Shown one piece after another: positions 1-9,897 of a stretch of 64,000 nt of DNA. The notes under the pieces are model-generated. The model was not told the DNA's origin and did not search any database. It worked only from the letters and a program-made list of their open reading frames with translations. The translations under genes and the position numbers were made by a program. The first letter of the stretch is position 1; every line of letters begins with the position of its first letter. The DNA is from an uncultured Oscillospiraceae bacterium (GTDB taxonomy: Bacteria; Bacillota; Clostridia; Christensenellales; CAG-138). The DNA lies in assembly GCA_964490325.1 (NCBI GenBank), contig CAZBBX010000002.1:253-64252 (forward strand), in the 5' to 3' direction.

Positions 1-520
1 AGTTGATGTAATCCTTGATGTACGCCTCGTACATGGGCTTGACCGTCTCCAAGTACTGGGTGGCAATGTTGTCGATGGTCCTGCCGCGCAGCTTGATGTC
101 GCGCTTGATGCGTCGCAGCAGGCAGATGTCCACGTCAACATGCATATATACCTTCAGGCTCATCATCTCGCACAGGCGCGGATCGTGGAACATATGGATG
201 CCCTCCATGATCAGCACCTCGGGCGGCTCGATCAGTTCGCTTGTATCTGCGCGCAGATGGTTGACATAGTCGTAGCCCTTACGCAGGATCGCCTTGCCCG
301 CCTGAAAGTTCTCCAGATCGGAAATGATCTCGTCGTAGTTGAAGATGTCGGGCTTATCGTAGTTGAGCAGCATGCGCTCCTCCAACGGAAGCTCGGGAAA
401 GCTTTTGTAGTAGCAATCCTGTCCGATGATGGCGCAGCTGCACGCCAGACTGTCTTTGATCCTCTTGGCAAGCGTACTTTTTCCGCTGCCGGAAGCGCCG
501 CAGATACCCACGATTATCAT
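1..520 (-). CDS. udk: Uridine kinase, partial (C-terminus lies outside the window)
   Basis: Own translation of the minus strand from the ATG at 518-520 gives MIIVGICGASGSGKSTLAKRIKDSL..GQDCYYKSF..NYDKPDIFNYDE..LIMEGIHMFHDPRL..RRIKRDIKLRGRTIDNIATQYLETVKPMY. It has the P-loop GxSGSGKST plus uridine-kinase-type motifs. It is missing from the ORF track only because it is open at the window edge. Confidence 0.85.
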   Translation of the reverse strand, partial: MIIVGICGASGSGKSTLAKRIKDSLACSCAIIGQDCYYKSFPELPLEERMLLNYDKPDIFNYDEIISDLENFQAGKAILRKGYDYVNHLRADTSELIEPPEVLIMEGIHMFHDPRLCEMMSLKVYMHVDVDICLLRRIKRDIKLRGRTIDNIATQYLETVKPMYEAYIKDYIN

Positions 521-548
521 TGTTTGTTGCCCCCCTATCTATACTGTA

Positions 549-1352
549 TTACAGTTCTTTCTCGAGTTTGACCGTCCAGCGAAGGATCTTTGCTGCGTCG
601 CTCGAATCCGGCAAGCCATTGCCGTTCAAATCGCCCAATTGGAGCTGCAGCTCGTTGAACACGGTCAGCTTGACAATATAGCGCAGGATCAGTGCGGCGT
701 CAGCAGTGGTTACGTCCTTGTCAAGGTTCACATCGCCTCGCGGATATTCGAGCTGCGGCTCATTCCCGTTGATGATATAGCCGTCCTCGATCGTTAGGGC
801 TTCGTTGCCGTAACGGAGCAGTCTTGTAACGCTGTCGGCGTCAGAGTAACCGATCTCCATTACCTCCGCACGGCCGCTCTTATGATCGCTGAACTTCAGC
901 TCGATCTGTTCATCGGCTGCAACGGTATCGGAGATGGTAAAGTACAGGGTCGCTACCAGGTCGTCCTTGTACCGAAACACCGTGCTGCCGCTTGCCGCCG
1001 AATACATGTAATACGGAACGCCGTCTATCGTGAAGACATTCCCGCCGGTGGTGGCTGACCCCAGCGCATAGCTGCCCAGCTTGCTGCCTTTATAACTGAG
1101 TTTTGCAGGGTCCCAGTAAACGCCAAACTGTAAAGAGGTGATCCCGGCAGGCGTCTCGCCGTTGATCTTGAAATAGATGCGAACGGCATACTGCGTTACG
1201 CCGTCCTTTACGCGGGTGGTCAGGGTGTCAAGATATCCCTGCTCCACGCTGATGGTAAATGTAGGTGTCGTTTCCGCATTGCCATTAACAGCGCTCAGAG
1301 GTAAGGCTGTAAGCAACAGGAGCGCTAAGGCGATGCACAGGAGCTTCTTCAT
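549..1352 (-). CDS. Secreted cohesin-like domain protein with C-terminal dockerin (single-cohesin adaptor)
   Basis: ORF 549..1361. GGGAGG lies 9 nt before the MKKLL ATG at 1352. Signal peptide MKKLLCIALALLLLTALPLSA. The central beta-rich block GITSLQFGVYWDPAKLSYKG..ATLYFTISDTV..IELKF resembles a cohesin. The C-terminal duplicated segments DVNLDKDVTTADAALILRYIVKL and GDLNGNGLPDSSDAAKILRWTVKL form a dockerin. Confidence 0.6.
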   Translation of the reverse strand: MKKLLCIALALLLLTALPLSAVNGNAETTPTFTISVEQGYLDTLTTRVKDGVTQYAVRIYFKINGETPAGITSLQFGVYWDPAKLSYKGSKLGSYALGSATTGGNVFTIDGVPYYMYSAASGSTVFRYKDDLVATLYFTISDTVAADEQIELKFSDHKSGRAEVMEIGYSDADSVTRLLRYGNEALTIEDGYIINGNEPQLEYPRGDVNLDKDVTTADAALILRYIVKLTVFNELQLQLGDLNGNGLPDSSDAAKILRWTVKLEKEL

Positions 1353-1560
1353 GATCCACATCCTCCCAATCCTATACTAACTTGCTAACAGTATAGCAGT
1401 CTTCCAAACGCTTTGCAAGAAAACAAACAAAGAAGTTTCCTCTGCGTGTACAAGATCTTTCCGCCCTTTGGGTCGGCCCAAATTTTATGATTTGTTCATG
1501 GGATTAACGCACAAAATATGATATATTGGTGCTATCCTATTGTTTGTACGAGGCTTCTGT

Positions 1561-2844
1561 ATGCGAACACGAATTTACAATGCACGAATTGCTCCCTTTG
1601 CCGACGAGCTGCCGACGCTGTTTGACGGCGAGCTGTGGGTGGAGGACAGCCGCGTGGCCTATGTTGGCCCCGCCATTCCGTCCGCGCTTCCCTTTGACCG
1701 CGAGATCGACGCCAAACGCAACCTTCTCCTCCCTGGCTTCAAGAATGCGCACACCCATTCCGCCATGACCTTTTTGCGCTCCTTTGCCGATGATAAGCCC
1801 CTGCAAAGCTGGCTTACGGAGGATGTTTTTCCCATGGAAAAATTCCTCGATCCCGAGAATGTCTACTGGTTCAACACCCTTGCCATCATGGAATACCTTT
1901 CGAGCGGCATCACAGCGGCCTTCGACATGTACTACCACAATGAGGCGGTGGCGCAAAGCGTCATTGACAGTGGCTTTCGCATGGTGCTTTGCGGCGCCAT
2001 CAATGATTTTGGCGGCACAGCACAGAGTGAGTATGACGAGTATCGCCGCTTCAACGGTCTCCACCCGCGCATGAGCAAGCAGCTTGGCTTTCACGCCGAA
2101 TACACATCCTCGCGCGCGCTTTTGGAGAGCCTTGCGGAGCTGTCGCACGCGCTGAAAGCTCCCGTTTATGCGCACAGCAGCGAGACAAGAGCCGAGGTGG
2201 AGGGCTGCATCAAGCGCTATGGCCTGACCCCGACCGAATTTTTTGACTCCATCGGCATGTTGGACTACGGCGGCGGCTATTTTCACTGCGTACACTTGAG
2301 CGAGCGGGATCATGCGCTGTTTTGCGAGCGCGGCCTGTACGCCGTGACCAACGGCGGTTCCAATGTCAAGCTTGCCAGCGGGATAGCTCCCGTTGCCCGC
2401 CTGCACGCGGAGGGTGTCCCCGTTGCCATAGGCACGGACGGCGCTGCAAGCAACAACTGCTTGGACTTCTTCCGTGAGATGTTCCTTGTGACGGGGCTGC
2501 AAAAGCTGCAGCAGGGTGCGGATTCCACGGACGCTATGCAGGTGTTGCGCTCTGCCTGCTGCGTGGGTGCGGACGCAATGGGTCTTACAAACTGCAATAG
2601 CCTTACAAAAGGCAAGCAGGCCGATCTGATCCTTCTTGACCTGCATCAGCCCAACATGCAGCCCGAAAACGATCTGCTTAAAAATGTCGTGTACAGCGGC
2701 AGCAAGTCAAACGTGGCGTTGACCATGATCGCAGGACAGATCCTTTACGAGAATGGGCAGTTCCACATTGGCATGGATCCGGAATTGGTCTATCAAAAGG
2801 CAAACGCGCATGTGCGCGACATCAAGAATAAAGCGGGGAGATGA
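1561..2844 (+). CDS. mtaD: 5-methylthioadenosine/S-adenosylhomocysteine deaminase (amidohydrolase superfamily)
   Basis: ORF 1540..2844. MRTRIYNARI..LLPGFKNAHTHSAMTFLRSFADDKPLQSWL..HSSET..GTDGAASNN are typical MtaD/amidohydrolase metal-binding motifs. The ATG at 1561 is preferred over the TTG at 1540. Confidence 0.8.
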   Translation: MRTRIYNARIAPFADELPTLFDGELWVEDSRVAYVGPAIPSALPFDREIDAKRNLLLPGFKNAHTHSAMTFLRSFADDKPLQSWLTEDVFPMEKFLDPENVYWFNTLAIMEYLSSGITAAFDMYYHNEAVAQSVIDSGFRMVLCGAINDFGGTAQSEYDEYRRFNGLHPRMSKQLGFHAEYTSSRALLESLAELSHALKAPVYAHSSETRAEVEGCIKRYGLTPTEFFDSIGMLDYGGGYFHCVHLSERDHALFCERGLYAVTNGGSNVKLASGIAPVARLHAEGVPVAIGTDGAASNNCLDFFREMFLVTGLQKLQQGADSTDAMQVLRSACCVGADAMGLTNCNSLTKGKQADLILLDLHQPNMQPENDLLKNVVYSGSKSNVALTMIAGQILYENGQFHIGMDPELVYQKANAHVRDIKNKAGR

Positions 2845-2849
2845 ACGGT

Positions 2850-3572
2850 ATGCGGGTGGATGTTCTGCTGGAGTACAACGATAAGGGCTGCTCCATCTTT
2901 GTGGAGAACCTCTGCGGCGCCTTTACGCGCGGCGCTGCCAAAGAGGAAGCGCTTGCTAAGCTGCCGCAGGAAGCGAAACGCTATCTTCTGTGGGCGGAGG
3001 GCGTCGATCCCGCCGACTGCGGCCAGATCGAGATCCGCATCGTAGGCGAGCAAAAGTGCGAGCTTGCCGTTGAGGATGCGGACGGCAACGCGCTGTTTCC
3101 CTCCGAACGTCTGCCGATGGATCTGACGGAGTATATCCGTAAAAAGTCGCTTGCGCTCAAGTCTGCAAAGGACTATACCCTGCTGTATCAGTCCATTCCG
3201 CAAAAGGATCGTGGACTGCGCAAGTCGCGCAGCTGCTTCTACGGCAAGATCCCCACAAGCGCCAATGAGATGCTCAAGCACACCAACGATACGCTTGCCT
3301 ACTATGCGGCGGGCGTCTGTCTGCCCTTTGACAACGAGGGCGATCTTGTGCAAAACCGAACGCGCCTGTTCAAGCAGCTGGAGGCCTCCCCAAACTTCCT
3401 AAAGCCCTTGGTCACCACCGCGTCCGACGGAGAACTTTGGACAGAAAAGAAGCTGCTTCGGCGCTTGCTGTGGCATGACCGCATTCATGCAAAGGCGCTC
3501 TATCGCCGTGCCATCACCTTCTGGCAAAAGGATCGGATCGCGGATCCCTTCTTCTTTGGAAAAGACCTGTAA
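2850..3572 (+). CDS. Hypothetical protein, co-transcribed with mtaD
   Basis: ORF 2841..3572 overlaps the mtaD stop (ATGA). GGGGAG lies 9 nt before the second ATG (MRVDVLLEYNDKG). I cannot place the family firmly; the C-terminal helical region LLRRLLWHDRIHAKALYRR is vaguely DinB-like. Confidence 0.5.
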   Translation: MRVDVLLEYNDKGCSIFVENLCGAFTRGAAKEEALAKLPQEAKRYLLWAEGVDPADCGQIEIRIVGEQKCELAVEDADGNALFPSERLPMDLTEYIRKKSLALKSAKDYTLLYQSIPQKDRGLRKSRSCFYGKIPTSANEMLKHTNDTLAYYAAGVCLPFDNEGDLVQNRTRLFKQLEASPNFLKPLVTTASDGELWTEKKLLRRLLWHDRIHAKALYRRAITFWQKDRIADPFFFGKDL

Positions 3573-3582
3573 ACAGGAAACA

Positions 3583-3609
3583 AAAGCGGCGCCGCGGCGT
3601 CGCTTTTAT
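3583..3609. terminator. Bidirectional GC-rich hairpin between convergent genes
   Basis: aaagcggcgccgcggcgtcgctttta has an AAGCGGCG/CGTCGCTT stem flanked by an A-run and a T-run. It sits between the stop at 3572 (+) and the stop at 3621 (-). Confidence 0.55.
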
Positions 3610-3620
3610 AGTTTGATCGA

Positions 3621-4982
3621 TCATTTTTTGATCTTTGAAAACAGGCCTGTTCTTTTGATCCGTTCCTGCGGCTCCAAGATCGGCAGCATGACAAGGAAGG
3701 TCGTTCCGTTTGCTTCACTGCTTTCCACGCTGATGCTTCCGTTGTGCGCAACGGCGATGCCCTGCGCGATGGACAGTCCCAAGCCGAAGCTCTCGACCTC
3801 GGTACGGCTCGGATCCGCCCGATAGAAGCGCTCGAACAGATGCGGCAGTTTGTCCGCTTCAATGACGCTGCCTGTGTTATGCACCGACAGAAAAAGCTTG
3901 CGGCGCACACGCTTGAGCGTGACCGTGACCGTCTTGCCCCGCGGTGTGTACTTGAACGCGTTGTCCATGAGCGTAGCCACCATCTGCCTTAACGGCGTTG
4001 CAACGCCCATCAGGTGCAGATCAGGCTCCACATCCTCCGTCAGCTCCACCCCCTGCTCGTAAGCCACGGGTTCGCAATTCATCAGAAGCGACTGCACAAG
4101 ATCCGAAAAGTCCACATCCTCTTTGACGTTTGCGCGGCCTTGAGAATCCACCCATGCAAGCCGCAGGAGCTGTTCGGTCAGCTCCTTCATGCGTCCCGCT
4201 TCATCGTGCAGCATCTCAACATGGCTTTCGTCCAGCAACGACGGCTCCGCAAGCATCATTTCCGTTCCCGACAGGATGACGGTCAGAGGCGTCTTCAGCT
4301 CGTGCGAGGCGTCCGCTACAAAGCGGCGCTGCGACTCGATGGTGGCCACGATGGGACGCACAAAAAAGCCCGACAGCAGGTAGCAGATCACCAAGAACAC
4401 AACAAGGACGCAGCTGCTGATCAGCAGGCTGTATTCCAAGACCTTGTCCATGGCGTTCCGTTGGCTGGAAAGATCCACAATGGCTACCCTTGTGTTGCCG
4501 TTAACATTGCTGCGTGCATAGCGGTAGGTGTCGCTTTCCAAGTAACCATCCGCCTTCTCGGCACGCAGCGCCTGCTGCACCAGATCATCGGAGGTGTCGT
4601 CGTTGTTAAAATACGAAGCGTCACCGCGCTCCAGCGAGACCTCGCCCTCGGGCAATACGTCATAGATGAAGCTTGGCAGTCCTGTCTGCGCTGAGTTGCG
4701 GTCGTCATGTCTCTGCTCGTTGTCGGGCTGCGCGGTGGGCTGCGGCGGCAAGTCGGGGCGGTTCAACTCCTCCAGCAGCACACGAGCGATCGCGCTGTCG
4801 CTGTCATGCTCGAAGCTGAGCTGCAGAAGCGTGATGATGACCCCGCAGGTGAGCGCCAAAAGCAGCGCAGCAATAATAAGGCTGATCGCCGTATAGCGCA
4901 GCCTTAATTTCATGGTCAGCGTAAGTCCGTGCTTTCCGCTGCCCTGCGTTTTTATATTTTCACCGCCGCGCTTGCGCTCCAT
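3621..4982 (-). CDS. Two-component sensor histidine kinase
   Basis: H-box FVADASHELKTPLTVI. ATPase G-boxes GLGLSIAQGIAVAHNGSISVESSEANGTTFLVMLP. Two TM segments flank an extracytoplasmic region. An alternative start MKLRLRY lies at 4913. Confidence 0.85.
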   Translation of the reverse strand: MERKRGGENIKTQGSGKHGLTLTMKLRLRYTAISLIIAALLLALTCGVIITLLQLSFEHDSDSAIARVLLEELNRPDLPPQPTAQPDNEQRHDDRNSAQTGLPSFIYDVLPEGEVSLERGDASYFNNDDTSDDLVQQALRAEKADGYLESDTYRYARSNVNGNTRVAIVDLSSQRNAMDKVLEYSLLISSCVLVVFLVICYLLSGFFVRPIVATIESQRRFVADASHELKTPLTVILSGTEMMLAEPSLLDESHVEMLHDEAGRMKELTEQLLRLAWVDSQGRANVKEDVDFSDLVQSLLMNCEPVAYEQGVELTEDVEPDLHLMGVATPLRQMVATLMDNAFKYTPRGKTVTVTLKRVRRKLFLSVHNTGSVIEADKLPHLFERFYRADPSRTEVESFGLGLSIAQGIAVAHNGSISVESSEANGTTFLVMLPILEPQERIKRTGLFSKIKK

Positions 4983-4994
4983 TGCCTTGTATGT

Positions 4995-5666
4995 TTATTC
5001 GGTCTCCAAGCGGTAGCCGAACTTACGGAGCGTGACGATATGCACGTTGGTCTTGAGGTAGGCAAGCTTCTTCCGAAGGAAGGAGATGTAGACCTCAACG
5101 TTGTTGTCCTCGGCGTCGGAATCGCAGCCCCAGACCTTGTTGAGCAGCAGCTCCTTGGACACGACCATGTTGCCGCTGGACATGAGGATACGCATGATGG
5201 AAAATTCCTTCTTGCCGATGCGTATGCTTCGATCGCCTGACTGCAGCTCACAGGCGGAAAGGTTCATCACCAAGTCGCCCATGCTCATGGTATCCATGAC
5301 GACCTCGCCCTGCCTGCGGGTGACGGCGCGTACGCAGGCCATCAGCTCGCTCATCTCAAAGGGCTTGGTCAGATAATAATCCGCCCCCGCGTCTAAGCCG
5401 CGCACGCGATCCTCGGTGTCCGTCCGCGCCGTGAGCATCAGGATGGGCGTGTCCACATGCGCCTTGCGCAGAGCCTCCGTAGCGGCAAAGCCGTTCATCT
5501 TGGGCAGCATCACGTCCATGATGATAAGATCGTAATCGTTGCTCAGAGCGTGATCCAGTCCCGCCTCGCCGTCATAGCAAACATCGCAGTCGTCTCTGTT
5601 GGTATGAAGCATCTCCTTCAAGGTACGCGCCAGCCGCACCTCGTCCTCTACGATCAAAATTCGCAT
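4995..5666 (-). CDS. OmpR/PhoB-family response regulator
   Basis: MRILIVEDE..DLIIMDVMLPKMNGF..LMLTA receiver domain plus a winged-helix C-terminus (VEVYISFLRKKL..IVTLRKFGYRL). GGAGG lies 8 nt before the ATG at 5666. Confidence 0.9.
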   Translation of the reverse strand: MRILIVEDEVRLARTLKEMLHTNRDDCDVCYDGEAGLDHALSNDYDLIIMDVMLPKMNGFAATEALRKAHVDTPILMLTARTDTEDRVRGLDAGADYYLTKPFEMSELMACVRAVTRRQGEVVMDTMSMGDLVMNLSACELQSGDRSIRIGKKEFSIMRILMSSGNMVVSKELLLNKVWGCDSDAEDNNVEVYISFLRKKLAYLKTNVHIVTLRKFGYRLETE

Positions 5667-5783
5667 CTGCTTATCCTCCGCGTCTGTTTCTTTAAGCATC
5701 GTACCCTTCGGAACTTTACTTAAACTGAAAGTATCGGCAAAAAGTCCCGAAATACCGCATTCTTCAAATGTTTTTCACAAGTC

Positions 5784-6452
5784 CTACATAATCATGCAGA
5801 CAAGGATCGGCAAAAAGATGGAGGGAATGTAATCCATCACCTTCAGCTTTGTTACGCCCAGCATGTTTAAGCCGACGCCGATGAGCAGCACGCCGCCCAC
5901 GGCTCCCATCTCGGTGATGGTGGCGTCGGGGATCAGCGGCACCAACACGCCTGCCAAAAGCGCAAACACACCCTGATAGACCAGCACGCTCACAGCGGAG
6001 AACAGCACGCCTGCTCCCAAGGTGGCAGCCAGCATCAGCGCCGAAATGCCGTCCAAGATGGCCTTGGTGAACAATGTCGTGTGATCGCCCGAGAAGCCGT
6101 CGTCCAGCGCGCCTGTTATCGCCATTGCCCCCGTGCAAAACAGCAGGGTCGCCGTAAGAAAGCCTTCGGCAAGGCGCTTGTCATCGCCATGCCCCATGAT
6201 CTTGTCGCTAAGGGCGCTGATGCCGTCCTGAATGCGGATTAGGCTGCCAAGCGCCGCGCCCGCGGCAATGGAGATCACCGGCACAAGCGCGTTGTTGGTG
6301 GTCAGACCGCCCTGTATGCCGAGCAGCACGACCATAAGACCCAAGGCGCGCATCACGCTGTCGGCAATGCGCGCTCCGATCACCTTATGCAGCAGCAGAC
6401 CCAAGGCGCCGCCAACCAGTATGGCGGCGCTGTTGACCAAGGTTCCGATCAT
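5784..6452 (-). CDS. DUF554 (YqgA-like) membrane protein
   Basis: MIGTLVNSAAILVGGALGLLLHK..LGLMVVLLGIQGG is a polytopic hydrophobic protein. The ATG at 6450-6452 overlaps the ileS stop (ATGA). Confidence 0.7.
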   Translation of the reverse strand: MIGTLVNSAAILVGGALGLLLHKVIGARIADSVMRALGLMVVLLGIQGGLTTNNALVPVISIAAGAALGSLIRIQDGISALSDKIMGHGDDKRLAEGFLTATLLFCTGAMAITGALDDGFSGDHTTLFTKAILDGISALMLAATLGAGVLFSAVSVLVYQGVFALLAGVLVPLIPDATITEMGAVGGVLLIGVGLNMLGVTKLKVMDYIPSIFLPILVCMIM

Positions 6453-9400
6453 TCCCGTGCAACGGACAGGGTCGCCGTTTCTCCGTTGATCGACCATTCC
6501 TTGACATAGCCCTCGGGAGCGTCGCTGATGGCGTCGGCAAGGGTGTCCGCCGCGATCTCCGTTCCGAAGCGGTCAAAGATCTCCTTGACGCGTTCGCTTC
6601 CCGTATAACCGATGCGAATGTGATCCGCCACCTCAAAGCCCGCCTCCTTGCGCATGGTCTGCAGCTTGGAGATCAGTTCGCGCACAAGTCCCTCGTCCAG
6701 TAAGTCCTGCGTGAGATTCGTGTCCATCACAACGGTCAGCTCGCTCTCGGACGCGCTCACCAGTCCTGCCTTCTGCTCAGTGGAGACCAATACGTCCTCC
6801 GCTGCAAGCTCGACCTCTACGCCCTCGATGGAGGTGCGGTACAGCTCGCCTGCGGCATGTGCCTTAACGACCGCATCGCCGATGCCCGCCGCCGCAAGAT
6901 ATGCGTTCAGCTTGGGCAAAAGCTTGCCGTAGCGCGGCCCCAGTGTACGAAGCTGCGGCTTGACGCGATAGCTGATAAAGTCGGACGCATCGCGGACAAA
7001 ATGCAGTGCCTTGACGTTCAGTTCGTCCAAGATGATGTTGACATAGGCGCTCTCCAGCTCCCTGCCCTGCACATACATGGCGCCAAGGGGCTGCCGCGTC
7101 TTGATGTTCGCCTCGTTGCGGATGCTGCGTCCCAGTACGACCAGCTCCAGCACCTCGTCCATCGTCTTCTCCAGCGCAGGATCGATCAGCGCTTCGTTCG
7201 CCGTGGGGAAATCGCAAAGATGCACACTTTGCGGCGCCTTTTTGTCCACGCTGCGCACGATGTTTTGATAGATCGCTTCGCTCATAAAGGGCACAAAGGG
7301 CGCGCAGAGCAAGGCTATTGTCTTAAGGACGGTGTACAGCGTCATGTACGCGGCTTCCTTGTCGGGCGTCATTTCACTGCCCCAATAGCGCTCACGGCAG
7401 CGGCGCAGATACCAGTTGCTCAGCTCATCGGTGAAGCGCTGCAGCTCGCGTCCCGCCTCGGTGATCTTGAGCGCGTCCAGATCTCGATCCACAGCGCATA
7501 CAAGGCTGTTGAGCCTTGAGAGCACCCACCGATCCATCGCGGTCAACGCCTCTTGGCGCAGGCTGTGGCAGGTGGGGTCGAAGCCGTCGATCTCGGCATA
7601 GAGCGCGTAGAAGGCATAGGTGTTCCACAGCGTACCCATGAACTTGCGCTGATACTCGGACACGTTCTCGCTTGAGAAGCGAGACGGCAGCCAAGGCATG
7701 GAGCCTGTATAGAAATACCAACGCACCGCATCCGCGCCCTGCTTGTCCAACACATCCCAAGGGTTGACGACATTGCCCAAGTGCTTGGACATCTTCTTGC
7801 CGTCCTTGTCGCACACAAGCCCCAGTACAACGCAGCTTTTGAACGGCGGTTCATCGAACAGGCAGGTAGCGATGGCCAGCAGGGTATAGAACCAGCCGCG
7901 GGTCTGATCGATCGCCTCGGAGATGAAATTCGCGGGATAGCGGCGCTCAAACTCTGCGCGGTTTTCAAACGGATAGTGCCACTGTGCAAAGGGCATGGAA
8001 CCGGAATCGAACCAGCAGTCGATGACCACAGGCTCGCGCTTCATCCGCTTGCCGCAGACGGGGCAGTACACGTTCACGCGATCGATGTACGGCTTATGCA
8101 GCTCGATGTCCTCGGGGCAGTTATCGCTCATATTGCGGAGCTCCTTCTTGCTGCCGATCACATGCACATGGCCGCAGGAGCAGGTCCATACGGGCAGTGG
8201 CGTTCCCCAGTAGCGTTCGCGGCTGATGCCCCAATCGATGACGTTCTCCAAGAAGTTGCCCATACGGCCGTCCTTGATCGTCTCAGGGATCCAGTTCACA
8301 CTGCGGTTGAAGGCAATGAGCTTATCCTTGACGGCGGTCATCTTGATGAACCAACTCTCGCGGGCATAGTAGATCAGCGGCGTATCGCAGCGCCAGCAAT
8401 GCGGATAGTCGTGCTCGAAGGGCAGGGTCTTGAACAGCTTGCCGTTCTCGCCAAGCGCCGCATTGATCAAAGGATCCGCATCCTTGACAAAGACGCTGTC
8501 CCAAGGCGTGCCGCCGCACAGATGGCCGCTTGCATCCACTAACTGCAAAAAGGGCAGATCCCACGCCTTACCGACGCGGTTGTCGTCCTCGCCAAAGGCA
8601 GGCGCGATATGCACGATGCCTGTGCCGTCCGTGAGCGTGACATAATCGTCCGCCACCACGCGATAGCCCTTCTTTGCGCCAAAGTCTACGGGCAGCTCGA
8701 ACAGCGGCTCGTATTCCGTACCTATGAGCGCCTTGCCCAAAAAACGTTCTTCGATCGTCACGTCCTCGCCCAAAACGGAGGGAACCAACGCCTCCGCAAG
8801 GATGAAGCGTTCACCATCCTTGTTGACGCGGACATAGCTTTCGTGCTCGTTGACGCAGAGCGCCACGTTGGAGGGCAGCGTCCAAGGCGTGGTCGTCCAA
8901 GCAAGCAGCGCCACGCCGCTTCCGTCCTTTAGATAGAAGCGAGCGATGGTGGAGACCTCCTTGACCGTCTTGTAGCCCTGCGCCACCTCGTGCGACGCCA
9001 ATGCCGTGCCGCAGCGCGGACAGTAGGGAACGATCTTGTAGCCCTTGTAGAGCAGACCCTTGTCGTAGATGGTCTTGAGCGCCCACCATTCGGACTCGAT
9101 GTAGTTGTCCTCATAGGTGATGTAGGGGTGCTCCATGTCCGCCCAGTAGCCCACGCGGTCAGACATTTGCTCCCACTCGCTCTTGTACTTCCAGACCGAC
9201 TTGCGGCACTCCTTGATGAACGGCTCTACGCCGTAGGCTTCAATCTGCTTTTTGCCGTCCAAGCCCAGCGACTTTTCGACCTCTAACTCCACAGGCAGGC
9301 CATGCGTGTCCCAGCCCGCTTTGCGCAGGACGTCGTAGCCCTTCATGGTCTTGTAGCGAGGGATGATGTCCTTGATGCTGCGCGTCAAAACATGGCCGAT

Positions 9401-9565
9401 ATGCGGCTTGCCGTTGGCCGTAGGCGGTCCGTCGTAAAAGGTATAGGTCGACTTGCCCTTGCGGAGCGCGACGCTTTTTTCAAAGATCTGCTCCTTCTTC
9501 CAAAACTCTAAAACTTCTTTTTCCCGATCCACAAAATTCAGATCGGTGGACACCTTTTGATACAT
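6449..9565 (-). CDS. ileS: Isoleucine--tRNA ligase (long, type-2-like form)
   Basis: MYQKVSTDLNFVDREKEVLEFWKKEQIFEKS..PPTANGKPHIGHVL (HIGH)..KMSKHLGN (KMSKS). The 27 codons upstream in the ORF track are T-box leader, not coding. Confidence 0.95.
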   Translation of the reverse strand: MYQKVSTDLNFVDREKEVLEFWKKEQIFEKSVALRKGKSTYTFYDGPPTANGKPHIGHVLTRSIKDIIPRYKTMKGYDVLRKAGWDTHGLPVELEVEKSLGLDGKKQIEAYGVEPFIKECRKSVWKYKSEWEQMSDRVGYWADMEHPYITYEDNYIESEWWALKTIYDKGLLYKGYKIVPYCPRCGTALASHEVAQGYKTVKEVSTIARFYLKDGSGVALLAWTTTPWTLPSNVALCVNEHESYVRVNKDGERFILAEALVPSVLGEDVTIEERFLGKALIGTEYEPLFELPVDFGAKKGYRVVADDYVTLTDGTGIVHIAPAFGEDDNRVGKAWDLPFLQLVDASGHLCGGTPWDSVFVKDADPLINAALGENGKLFKTLPFEHDYPHCWRCDTPLIYYARESWFIKMTAVKDKLIAFNRSVNWIPETIKDGRMGNFLENVIDWGISRERYWGTPLPVWTCSCGHVHVIGSKKELRNMSDNCPEDIELHKPYIDRVNVYCPVCGKRMKREPVVIDCWFDSGSMPFAQWHYPFENRAEFERRYPANFISEAIDQTRGWFYTLLAIATCLFDEPPFKSCVVLGLVCDKDGKKMSKHLGNVVNPWDVLDKQGADAVRWYFYTGSMPWLPSRFSSENVSEYQRKFMGTLWNTYAFYALYAEIDGFDPTCHSLRQEALTAMDRWVLSRLNSLVCAVDRDLDALKITEAGRELQRFTDELSNWYLRRCRERYWGSEMTPDKEAAYMTLYTVLKTIALLCAPFVPFMSEAIYQNIVRSVDKKAPQSVHLCDFPTANEALIDPALEKTMDEVLELVVLGRSIRNEANIKTRQPLGAMYVQGRELESAYVNIILDELNVKALHFVRDASDFISYRVKPQLRTLGPRYGKLLPKLNAYLAAAGIGDAVVKAHAAGELYRTSIEGVEVELAAEDVLVSTEQKAGLVSASESELTVVMDTNLTQDLLDEGLVRELISKLQTMRKEAGFEVADHIRIGYTGSERVKEIFDRFGTEIAADTLADAISDAPEGYVKEWSINGETATLSVARE

Positions 9566-9589
9566 GCGTACCTCCCATATACATTCGTT

Positions 9590-9827
9590 GAAAAGAAAAA
9601 AGCTCCCGTCCCGAAGGGACGAAAGCCTGTGCTTCCGCGGTACCACCCAAATTGGCGCATATACGCCCGCTTTGTTCCCTTAACGCGGGAAACGTGCAAG
9701 CTTATTGGATCGACCGATCGTTCGGCTCGCCGCTCGCGGGTGATCTTCAAAAAGGGCTTTGCACCGCCTTGCACCATGCGCGGCTCGCTTTCCAAAGGCT
9801 CCTTATTTACTCTCCCGTTCAACGCTT
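9590..9827 (-). promoter_or_regulatory. T-box leader (tRNA-Ile sensing) with intrinsic terminator
   Basis: The minus strand carries the canonical T-box AAUUUGGGUGGUACCGCGG (reverse complement of 9635-9653). It is followed by an 11-bp terminator stem GCUUUCGUCCC-UUC-GGGACGGGAGC and UUUUUUCUUUUC (about 9594-9630). The candidate specifier GAAG-AUC-A is the reverse complement of 9741-9748, with the AUC codon at 9742-9744. Confidence 0.85.
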
Positions 9828-9833
9828 TAGCCC

Positions 9834-9862
9834 ATTATAGCGGATGTTGCCCCGTTTGTAAA
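9834..9862 (-). promoter_or_regulatory. Sigma-A-type promoter for the ileS leader
   Basis: Minus strand TTTACA (9857-9862), 17 nt, TATAAT (9834-9839). Confidence 0.6.
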
Positions 9863-9897
9863 TGAATAATGTGAAACTTTTTGCGCAAAATCGTCGT

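Noticed and set aside
1537-2646. 369-aa ORF antisense to mtaD.
   Set aside because: It lies entirely inside a gene with clear amidohydrolase motifs on the other strand. Its Ala/Arg/Gly-rich composition is typical of spurious antisense ORFs in GC-rich DNA. It has no SD or start context.
9566-9646. N-terminal 27-codon extension of the ileS ORF in the track.
   Set aside because: This segment contains the T-box terminator and poly-U. The true start MYQKVSTDLNF at 9565 matches IleS N-termini.
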